Part shown: positions 18,031-25,345 of the stretch, piece by piece
Layout of the letters: each line of letters opens with the position of its first letter
Position numbering within the stretch: the first letter of the stretch is position 1
Assembly: GCA_016699935.1 (NCBI GenBank)
Contig: CP064992.1
Span: forward strand, 1,080,001-1,112,000
Source: Candidatus Saccharimonadota bacterium
Lineage (GTDB): Bacteria > Patescibacteriota > Saccharimonadia > Saccharimonadales > UBA4665
Length of the DNA stretch: 32,000 bases
Direction: 5' to 3'
Notes under the pieces: generated by a model
Database searches by the model: none
What the model was told of the DNA's origin: nothing
What the model saw: the letters and a program-made list of their open reading frames with translations, nothing else
Position numbers and translations under genes: made by a program

Positions 18031-18660
18031 TTATTTGTCCCCCTTATATATCCAAACTTTGACACCAATAATGCCTGCACCGGGCCAGTTGGCACGAGCT
18101 GCAGCATAATCAATGTCGGCACGTATGGTATGTAAAGGCACAGAACCAACCGCTTCTTTCTCACGACGGCTCATTTCGGCACCATTTAAGCGCCCAGCAA
18201 CTTCTATACGGACACCTTTTGCACCCGCACGCATCGTTGCAGCGCTGGCGCTCTTGATGGCGCGGCGGAAACTCATGCGACGCTCAAGCTGATGAGCGAT
18301 GTTCTCGGCGACAAGTTTTGCATAGAGGTCAGGTTTTTTGACTTCTTCTATGTTGACGCGGGCTGGTACTCCATAAACCTTTTCAATAGCAGCTTTGAGC
18401 TCCTGCGCTCCTTGACCACCGCGACCGATGACTACGCCAGCCTTAGCCGTTGCAATCGTCACCGTTACGAGGTTTGGTGAGCGCTCAATATCTACTTTGT
18501 TGATAGCGCCGCGAGAGCCAAATTTGTCCTGGATTAGTTTGCGAACTTGCAAGTCCTGCGCAAGATAACCAGCATACTGGCGCTTGCTTACAAACCACTT
18601 GCTCCGCCAATCCTTATTGGCCTGCAGACGCATAGAAATAGGATTTACCTTCTGTCCCAT
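18031..18660 (-). CDS. rpsC: 30S ribosomal protein S3
   Basis: Intact 209 aa; MGQKVNPISMRLQANKDWRSKWF. Confidence 0.95.
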   Translation of the reverse strand: MGQKVNPISMRLQANKDWRSKWFVSKRQYAGYLAQDLQVRKLIQDKFGSRGAINKVDIERSPNLVTVTIATAKAGVVIGRGGQGAQELKAAIEKVYGVPARVNIEEVKKPDLYAKLVAENIAHQLERRMSFRRAIKSASAATMRAGAKGVRIEVAGRLNGAEMSRREKEAVGSVPLHTIRADIDYAAARANWPGAGIIGVKVWIYKGDK

Positions 18661-19049
18661 TACTTTGCCTCCTTCTTATCCGCGGCCTTGGCAGCTGCAG
18701 GTTTTTTAGCAGGACGTTGCTCGCCATCGACGAGTACGCGAATATGTGATGAACGCTTCATGTAAGGCAAGGCGCGGCCCATGGCTGCAGGGCGGAAACG
18801 CTTCATGCGAGGCCCGTGATTGACAGTGATTTCGGTAATGACAAGGGTATCTGCCTTGTAGTTGTGGTTGTGAGCGGCGTTAGCCTGTGCACTCTTGATT
18901 GTTTTGAGAACAGATAGTGCGGAGCGCCGTGGCGTGTGTTCGAGGATAACGATAGCATCGGCGACGGTGCGACCACGCACGAGCGCTGCCACAGCAGCCA
19001 CCTTACGTGGGCTTAATCGAACGCCTTTAGACTCGGCTTTTACAGACAT
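18660..19049 (-). CDS. rplV: 50S ribosomal protein L22
   Basis: The true start is MSVKAESKGVRLSPRKV at 19049. The listed start at 19082 is a repeat-borne extension. Confidence 0.93.
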   Translation of the reverse strand: MSVKAESKGVRLSPRKVAAVAALVRGRTVADAIVILEHTPRRSALSVLKTIKSAQANAAHNHNYKADTLVITEITVNHGPRMKRFRPAAMGRALPYMKRSSHIRVLVDGEQRPAKKPAAAKAADKKEAK

Positions 19050-19063
19050 CAGAAAGCTCCTTT

Positions 19064-19206
19064 CTGATTTAGCAGTGAGCATTGAGCATTTGGCAGAAAT
19101 TTGGCAGGTTGCATTTGGATGGTGACTTCGGTTGCAGCCTGTCTGCTACTTGAAACCTGTAAAATTTCTGCTACCTGAAAAATGCTACCTGAAAAATATG
19201 AAACCT
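19064..19206 (-). repeat. Heptad-registered intergenic element, copy E (rpsS | rplV)
   Basis: CTGATTTAGCAGTGAGCATTGAGCATTTGGCAGAAAT...CTGCTACTTGAAACCTGTAAAATTTCTGCTACCTGAAAAATGCTACCTGAAAAAT. Confidence 0.9.
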
Positions 19207-19214
19207 GTTTCATC

Positions 19215-19487
19215 TTATTTCCCCTTCGCTAACTTACCGCCGTGACTGCGGAACTTACGGGTAGGGCTAAACTCACCCAGTTTATGGCCAACCATGTTTT
19301 CGGTGACAAATACTGGTACGTGCACCTTGCCGTTATGGACAGCAAAGGTTTTACCGACAAAGTCTGGAGCAATCGTACAGCTACGCGCCCAAGTTTTTAT
19401 GATGGTGCGATCCTCTGGGCCTTGGCCAGCGACTTTTTTCGCGAGCTTCGGATCGATAAACGGCCCTTTCTTCAGTGAACGACTCAT
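19215..19487 (-). CDS. rpsS: 30S ribosomal protein S19
   Basis: Intact 90 aa; [15 protein letters not shown]. Confidence 0.95.
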   Translation of the reverse strand: MSRSLKKGPFIDPKLAKKVAGQGPEDRTIIKTWARSCTIAPDFVGKTFAVHNGKVHVPVFVTENMVGHKLGEFSPTRKFRSHGGKLAKGK

Positions 19488-19644
19488 CTGACGCTCCTTT
19501 CAGTCGCTTCAATATGCAATTTACAATTCTCAATTTTCATTACATCTGCGACTTGCGATTTGCGGTTTACAGCTGCATTGCTAATTGGTAATTGATAATT
19601 CATTGGTAATTGGTAATTGGTAATTGGTAATTGGAGCATCGCGA
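19488..19644 (-). repeat. Heptamer-array spacer with (TAATTGG)n tandem repeat (rplB | rpsS)
   Basis: CAATATG CAATTTA CAATTCT CAATTTT on the left faces TAATTGG TAATTGA TAATTCA TTGG then 4 x TAATTGG (about 19583-19637) on the right. Confidence 0.8.
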
Positions 19645-20475
19645 CTATTTCCTCTTGGCCGCGTGGCGGCTTCTTACGATCATATTGCTTGTATCTTTGC
19701 GGCGACGGGTCTTGAAGCCAAGGGTCTTCTGACCCCACGGCGTACGTGGCGCTTTGCCCATTCGGTGACGACCACCATCTCCACCACCGTGCGGGTGATC
19801 GACTGCATTCATTACGACACCGCGAACGCTTGGGCGTTTACCCAGGTGACGATTGCGTCCAGCCTTACCGATTTTGACATTCTGATGTTGCTCATTGCCG
19901 ACCACGCCGACACTGGCAGTACAGACGAGGAGGAACTTGCGAACTTCGCCGCTGGGCATACGCACCTGAGCGTAATCGCCTTCTTTGGCCATGAGCATGG
20001 CGCTATTGCCAGCGCTACGCACAGCCTGTGCGCCTCGGCCTGGCTTGAGCTCGAGCGCATGGATGGTTGTGCCGACAGGGATATTGGCTAGTGGCAAACG
20101 GTTACCCATCTCTATAGCAGCTTCTGCGTGCGCAGCTAGTTTCTGCCCTTGTTTCATGCCGCTGGCGGCAAGTACATAGTGGTAGACCCCTTTGTCATCT
20201 TTGACACGGGCTATGCGAGCGCTCCGATTTGGGTCGTATTCGATGTGTTCGATAACGCCTTCGCCTTTGAAGTCAAAGTTCACGAGGCGATAATGCTTAC
20301 GCGCTCCACCACCCTGATGCCTCGTGGTTATGCGACCTTGGTTGTTTCGACCATTGCCACGCCGTTTTGTAACAGTGAGCGAGCGAAGTGGTTTGCGGGT
20401 CGTAACAGCATCAAAATCTTGACTAGACATACCACGTCGGCCGGGAGTTGTTGGATTATACTGCTTAATAGCCAT
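19645..20475 (-). CDS. rplB: 50S ribosomal protein L2
   Basis: Intact 276 aa; VDHPHGGGDG. Confidence 0.96.
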   Translation of the reverse strand: MAIKQYNPTTPGRRGMSSQDFDAVTTRKPLRSLTVTKRRGNGRNNQGRITTRHQGGGARKHYRLVNFDFKGEGVIEHIEYDPNRSARIARVKDDKGVYHYVLAASGMKQGQKLAAHAEAAIEMGNRLPLANIPVGTTIHALELKPGRGAQAVRSAGNSAMLMAKEGDYAQVRMPSGEVRKFLLVCTASVGVVGNEQHQNVKIGKAGRNRHLGKRPSVRGVVMNAVDHPHGGGDGGRHRMGKAPRTPWGQKTLGFKTRRRKDTSNMIVRSRHAAKRK

Positions 20476-20891
20476 TATTTAGCCTCCTTCTTGGCGACGA
20501 GTTTCTTCAAGCCCTTAGGTTTAGCATCGGCTTTAGCTTCCGAAGCCTTCTTGGCTTTTTCAGCAGCTTTGGCTTTTACGGCGATTTCCTCTTCGGCAGC
20601 GGCAAAGAAAGGCAAATGGCTGTCGGCAACCAGAGTCACATAAGCTTTTTTGTAGTCAGCCTGCACACCTTTACGGTTGCTGCTGCGCTTGCCAGTCGTG
20701 TTCATAATGCGTTTGACTTTGCCTTTTCGGTTCACAACTCTGACTGTTTTGACCTTAACATCGAATTGTTTTTCAACCGCATTTGCGATTTCGTATCTGT
20801 TAAGTTCACTTGGGACGTCAATAACAAACGTATTTGTCGTCTGGCTGAGTCCAAAGGCTTTTTCGCTTAAACGAGGTTTCAATGTGTGCAT
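20475..20891 (-). CDS. rplW: 50S ribosomal protein L23 with K/A/E-rich C-terminal extension
   Basis: Intact 138 aa; position and core (FVIDVPSELNRYEIANAVEKQFDVKV) match L23. Confidence 0.9.
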   Translation of the reverse strand: MHTLKPRLSEKAFGLSQTTNTFVIDVPSELNRYEIANAVEKQFDVKVKTVRVVNRKGKVKRIMNTTGKRSSNRKGVQADYKKAYVTLVADSHLPFFAAAEEEIAVKAKAAEKAKKASEAKADAKPKGLKKLVAKKEAK

Positions 20892-20892
20892 G

Positions 20893-21546
20893 TTATTTCA
20901 CCTCCGTTTTGTTAACTGGTTTCAGCCATGTTTCGACAACTTTCAGAGCGTCGACGGTGATGACAATATGGTCGGCATTCATGATATCGAAGACATTCAA
21001 GTATTTGGCGCTGACCAGAATAACATTTTGCAGATTGGCGGTGGAATTTACTAGTTCTAGCGTCTTTTTCTCTACGACAACCAGGGCGTCGCGAGTAACT
21101 CCAACTTTGGCAAGGAGTTTAGCCATGTCGCCCGTTTTGCCGTCTTTGCTAGCTAGTTTTTCCATGACAATCAGCTTTCCGGAAGTGTTGGCGAGGCTGA
21201 GAGCCTGGCGCGTGGCAACTCTTTTGCTAGTTGTCGATATTTTCTTCGTATAATTTTCTTCGCCAGTTGGGCCGAAGACAATACCACCACCACGCCAGAT
21301 GGGGTTGCGTGAGCTACCAAAACGAGCGCGACCAGTACCCTTTTGCTTCCATGGCTTCTTACCACCGCCGCGGACAAGGCCGCGGGTTTTGACGACCGCG
21401 AGATTATCGCGACCATTCGCTAGGTAGGCTTCGTAGGCTTGGCGGAGCAGTTGATGGCTTTTTACTTCGACACCAAAGACTTCTTTGCTGAGTTTAGCAG
21501 CCGTTGTAGCCTTCGTGCCAGCTGCGGTATATGTAGGAACTGCCAT
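20893..21546 (-). CDS. rplD: 50S ribosomal protein L4
   Basis: Intact 217 aa; GGGKKPWKQKGTGRARFGS. Confidence 0.95.
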   Translation of the reverse strand: MAVPTYTAAGTKATTAAKLSKEVFGVEVKSHQLLRQAYEAYLANGRDNLAVVKTRGLVRGGGKKPWKQKGTGRARFGSSRNPIWRGGGIVFGPTGEENYTKKISTTSKRVATRQALSLANTSGKLIVMEKLASKDGKTGDMAKLLAKVGVTRDALVVVEKKTLELVNSTANLQNVILVSAKYLNVFDIMNADHIVITVDALKVVETWLKPVNKTEVK

Positions 21547-21548
21547 GA

Positions 21549-22169
21549 TTATTTGTCCTCCCCGCGGATTATGACAATGCCCTTTCGTGGACCAGGCACA
21601 GCCCCAACAACACCTATGTAACCTTTTTCGACATCAACCAGTGCTACCTTTAGGTTGCGCACGGTGACTTGATCGTGACCAAGGTGTCCGGCCATACGCT
21701 TACCCTTGAGGATATGCTGAGGATACATCGAACCGATTGAGCCTGGGCGACGATAGCTGCGACCACCGTGAGTTTTGCGACCGCGGTGGAAATTGTGACG
21801 GCGAATGGTGCCGGCCCAACCTTTACCCTTGCTGGTACCCGTAACATGGACAGTGTCGCCAACTGAAAAGACCTCGGCGTTGATTTCTGTTCCAACTGCG
21901 AGGTCTTCGGTAATTTCTGGGACGCGGAATTCGCGCATGATACGCACAATTCGCTTGGCACCCTTGAGATGTCCGACTTGCGGTTTTGCTACTTTCTCTT
22001 CGTTGACTTCCTCGCAACCGAGCTGCACAGACGTATAACCGTCAGTGTCATCGGTTTTCACCTGTGTAATCACACAGGGACTAGCGGAAAGCAAGGTTAC
22101 AGCCTGAGTTGTGCCATCTTCTGCGATGGTACTCGTCATGCCAACCTTTCTGGTAATTAGTGCTTTCAT
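21549..22169 (-). CDS. rplC: 50S ribosomal protein L3
   Basis: Intact 206 aa; MKALITRKVGMTS...GKGWAGTIRRHNF. Confidence 0.95.
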   Translation of the reverse strand: MKALITRKVGMTSTIAEDGTTQAVTLLSASPCVITQVKTDDTDGYTSVQLGCEEVNEEKVAKPQVGHLKGAKRIVRIMREFRVPEITEDLAVGTEINAEVFSVGDTVHVTGTSKGKGWAGTIRRHNFHRGRKTHGGRSYRRPGSIGSMYPQHILKGKRMAGHLGHDQVTVRNLKVALVDVEKGYIGVVGAVPGPRKGIVIIRGEDK

Positions 22170-22353
22170 AGTGTTCGCGCGGGTTCATACGAACCCACAC
22201 TCTCCTTTGTTATAAGAGTTATTTGGTATTTATACTCACCCGATCCGTATTAATGCCTTGTACAGTGACATTAAGAAAATGGTGGCCGGGGTTCCCCGCC
22301 TCTGGCGGGGCCTACCTCACATCACCATACGGAAATGTTTGTATGTAAGCATC

Positions 22354-22383
22354 AGATTACCACACAACCCAAACCCCTGTCAA
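22354..22383 (-). promoter_or_regulatory. Candidate strong promoter upstream of rplC
   Basis: Minus strand reads TTGACA (22378-22383), 18 nt, TAATCT (22354-22359), followed by a leader of about 180 nt with GC hairpins. Confidence 0.5.
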
Positions 22384-22422
22384 CCCGTTGCAAATACTAC
22401 ACCACTGGTTAATAGCAGGTGC

Positions 22423-23253
22423 CTATTTGTGCTTCCAGTCCAGTGTTCTATGTATCGTTCGTGAAGCTGAAATTTTCTTCCCAAACTGTTCCGCTCCATT
22501 GGTAGTTTGCTCCGTAAAAACTCTCTTTCCCAGATTGGCTGCCTTGGCTTTAACAGACTGAATCAACGTGGGTCAACCGTATGTTGTAACGGCGCGTTGG
22601 GATCTCTATCCTTTATTCTTTTATCTTCAGAGAAAGCGTTATGATTAGCAAGCCCAACTCTTGCTTCCTGTCGATCTTCTTCGGTTTGAATTGCAAGCTC
22701 AATTGGTATCTCAAGTTTCTTGCCTTCGATTTCTACACACATTATTACTGTTATTTTGCGACATGGAACAATCTATTGTTCGGTTCAAAATTATCCCTTC
22801 ACCGTCTGGTAGCCAGTCTCCAATATTCGGCGGTAACCCTTTTGAAAATTTTGGAAATAGTCAGGTGAGCCCTGCACAATATATGGTGACGTCTTTGATG
22901 GCCCTGGCACAGCATGAATATCACTGCTTTTTGTATTCCTTCAAGTATTTCAGAAAATAGTATGGCAAGATGGCCGACTTCTTTAACGACAAACGTCAAC
23001 CCATATTTATCAGAAATATTGATATCTTCTGCTCGAACATCCTGCCCTTTACTGCGTAATTTTTCTTCAAGCCTTATTCGCTTATCAAATGCACTTGCGT
23101 CAGTTTTCCTCTATACACCACCCTTACGACGTCATTTATAGCGTTGCTATGAACCATCGCAACGCCAAAGACGATATTGTGTGGTGTGTTGCCTTGGATT
23201 GAATGTTCTTGAAGACTATCAATACCGAAAAGTCTATTTAATAAGCCACTCAT
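22423..23253 (-). CDS. Cassette gene B: hypothetical protein (about 275 aa), frame broken at least 4 times
   Basis: The ATG at 23253 overlaps the gene A stop (ATGA). Pieces read MSGLLNRLFGIDSLQEHSIQGNTPHNIVFGVAMVHSN.. / DASAFDKRIRLEEKLRSKGQDVRAEDINISDKYGLTFVVKEVGHLAILFSEILEGIQKAV / ..VEIEGKKLEIPIELAIQTEEDRQEARVGLANHNAF.. / LIQSVKAKAANLGKRVFTEQ..WKHK*. No family was recognised. Confidence 0.45.
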
Positions 23254-24040
23254 ATGGCGAGCTGCTTCATCACGCCCACCAAACTGCTCTGAATATTTTT
23301 TTTTGTCGCTATAAACAAGTCAAGTCGCTCGGGATGTTCAAGTAAGAGCCGCTTTTCATTATTTCGGAGTGCCATCGTAAACGCATCTTTACCAATAAAT
23401 GAAGTTACCTGGGCATAGAATAGGTCACTGAGACGAGCATTGTGGATAATAGATTTTGATGTTTGAGCTTCGGAAACTAGTCCCGTCGCGAGACTACGAG
23501 CAGCCATTATTACCACGGAATCAAGTGTAACCACGTCAAGAATAGCGTCCATCTGCATTGCGTCAATTCGACCAAAACCATGTTCACCCTCTTTCGGAAG
23601 CTTCTTTTTTGTTTTTCGAGATCTTAAACTAGGTTGATCCAATGGAGCTAGAGCTGAAACATGGCTCTCGCCATAGTCACTAACAATCGAGAAATCATGT
23701 AAATACTTCTTAACTTCATCCCAGTGCTCTGGGCTCACATTATTTGAGTATTCTTTTAATAGACCCCTTGCATTTCTACCTAATTGCTCATCTACTGCGT
23801 CAATTCCTAACTTACTTAACAAGGCTGCAGAATAGGCAGCATGAGTCATGGTATCACCGAGAAAATCATACAATACGCGACAAGTAAGCTCAGATTCTTC
23901 TAGGGTACGAGCGTCGTGGCAACGTTGAGCATAATCAGCAACAATGTTTTGTTCTAAACCAAGATCATGCTGCCCAATAGCAAACTCAACCGCCCTACTC
24001 GGCCGCCTTCGTTTGATAACTTTAATTCTTCTCCAGACAT
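23250..24040 (-). CDS. Cassette gene A: hypothetical protein (about 263 aa); N-terminal part weakly MazG/all-alpha NTP-pyrophosphohydrolase-like (tentative)
   Basis: The listed ORF 23250..23873 extends upstream in the same frame (AVEFAIGQHDLGLEQNIVADYAQRCHDARTLEESELTCRVLYDFLGDTM...) to near an ATG at 24040 in another frame (one early shift). The acidic EExE and DxxGD pattern followed by LGID is the only hint of function. Confidence 0.5.
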
Positions 24041-24047
24041 TCTATAT

Positions 24048-24076
24048 ATTCTAGCATATTTGTCATGTTTTGTCTA
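24048..24076 (-). promoter_or_regulatory. Candidate promoter giving a leaderless cassette mRNA
   Basis: Minus strand reads TAGACA (24071-24076), 17 nt, TAGAAT (24048-24053), 7 nt, then the ATG (24040). No SD is present. Confidence 0.4.
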
Positions 24077-24119
24077 TATATGAGGTCTTGCGGTCTTTTT
24101 GATTTGAGCAACTTTGTAA

Positions 24120-24451
24120 CTACATCTTGATTTCGACGTCGCAGCCGGCGGGGAGGGATAGGTTCATCAGGCTGTCGATGGTCTTGGGAGTTGGTTCAAA
24201 TACGTCGATGAGGCGTTTGTGGACGCGCATTTCGAACTGTTCGCGCCCTTTTTGTAGACATGAGGACTTTTCACCACCGTAAAGGTGCTTTTGCGGGTAG
24301 GTAGTGGGATGGGTCCAGCTAGCGTTGCGCCTGTGCGAAGTGCGGTGTCGACTATTTGCTTGGCGGCTTGGTCGATGATTTTGTGGTCGTAAGCCTTTAG
24401 GCGTATACGAATACGCTGTTTGCCTGGTACTGGTTGTTTGGCGTCTGCCAT
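24120..24451 (-). CDS. rpsJ: 30S ribosomal protein S10, frame broken once
   Basis: [57 protein letters not shown], then after a shift near 24246-24249 [41 protein letters not shown] (stop at 24120). Confidence 0.93.
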
Positions 24452-24475
24452 GGTATAAAAACCTCCGGTTTTTAA

Positions 24476-24503
24476 TAGTTAGTAGTTGGTAGTTGGTAGT
24501 TAG
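24476..24503 (-). repeat. Tandem heptamers TAGTTAG TAGTTGG TAGTTGG TAGTTAG in the rpsJ leader
   Basis: Direct reading of the sequence; adjacent to the SD hairpin at 24457-24473. Confidence 0.8.
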
Positions 24504-24658
24504 GAAAGCCTAAAAACAACTCGTGCAAACGGCCGGCTTCACCCGGTTTGGCTTTGTAACACCTTACGAATTCACCTGGGAACGCGCACGGCTTTTATTC
24601 AAAGCTACTGGTTTACAAGAGTAATGGTACCACATAACCAGTACGAGCGCAAAACTAG

Positions 24659-25078
24659 CTACGTTTTCTTCCTGTAAAAACGTAGGGCGGAGGCAACTTT
24701 TTTGTGGATGGGTTCTTTGGGTGGCTTAGTCGCATACTCGGCAAAGACACTATTTACAAAGTCATCTATTTCATCATCGGTCATGCCAGTTAGGGAATCC
24801 CCGTTTACGTCGTTAAGGCCAGATTCGCGGTAGGAAACGGTGCTGGTACCGGTGTGGAACTGGTGGAGAAGGTCGTAGGCTTTGCGACTTTGGCTTCCCT
24901 GCAAGGTCGAATAAGCCTCATTAAGTCGTTGCATATCCTCCAGGGTTCCCCCAGCATCGGGATGCTGCTGCTTTGCCAGCCGGACAAAAGCACTACGTAT
25001 GTCTACAGCTAAAGCATCTGGCTGGATACCAAGCAGCTGGTAGTAGTCGACAAATGAGTTGCTAGTTTCGTGTGTCAT
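24659..25078 (-). CDS. Stand-alone J-domain (DnaJ-like) protein
   Basis: Intact 139 aa; DYYQLLGIQPDA..IRSAFVRLAKQQHPDAGG (HPD motif) ..AYSTLQGSQSRKAYD. No Zn-finger or C-terminal DnaJ domains. Confidence 0.8.
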   Translation of the reverse strand: MTHETSNSFVDYYQLLGIQPDALAVDIRSAFVRLAKQQHPDAGGTLEDMQRLNEAYSTLQGSQSRKAYDLLHQFHTGTSTVSYRESGLNDVNGDSLTGMTDDEIDDFVNSVFAEYATKPPKEPIHKKVASALRFYRKKT

Positions 25079-25290
25079 GGCGTATTACCCTAGTATAACC
25101 TCAAATCGACATACGCATACTACAAAGGCTCTACTCGCCGTCAGCAGCGATGCGAGAGAGCAGCGCCTTTAGAGGTGGGGAACTTTTTGGCTGGACTTAC
25201 TCCAGCCAAAAGTGGGAGGGCGAGCCCTCCACTTCTGAGGTCGACAGTTATGTCGAACTCAGGCTAACATAGCGAATGTTTCAACATACA

Positions 25291-25320
25291 AGAAAAGCGC
25301 CCCAGGTGGAGCGCTTCTCT
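25291..25320 (-). terminator. Intrinsic terminator after tuf
   Basis: Minus strand reads AGAGAAGCGC tccacctggg GCGCTTTTCT, about 25 nt after the tuf stop. Confidence 0.65.
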
Positions 25321-25345
25321 GTTGAGCAAGTAATCCCAGGTGGAA

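Noticed and set aside
19484-19738. 84-aa minus-strand ORF with LPITNYQLPMNYQLPISN repeats
   Set aside because: It is simply the translation of the (TAATTGG)n heptamer array in the rplB/rpsS spacer and overlaps the rplB C-terminus. It is not a gene.
22250-22330. Possible tRNA or other small RNA gene in the GC-rich hairpin region upstream of rplC, and tRNAs elsewhere in the window
   Set aside because: I found no T-loop (GGTTCGAATCC-like) or cloverleaf arrangement here or anywhere else in the window. The hairpins fit an mRNA leader downstream of the predicted promoter better.
22641-23141. Three plus-strand ORFs inside the cassette (22641..22868, 22661..22960, 22914..23141)
   Set aside because: Their translations are hydrophobic, low-complexity and mutually overlapping. 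The minus strand gives more protein-like, charged and helical sequence that continues across frames from an ATGA-coupled start. I treated them as antisense artefacts.
23250-24040. HD-domain phosphohydrolase call for cassette gene A, based on the GQHDLG motif
   Set aside because: Only about 25 residues lie upstream of the HD dipeptide, so the required upstream His is missing. The downstream metal ligands are not evident either. The resemblance is probably coincidental.
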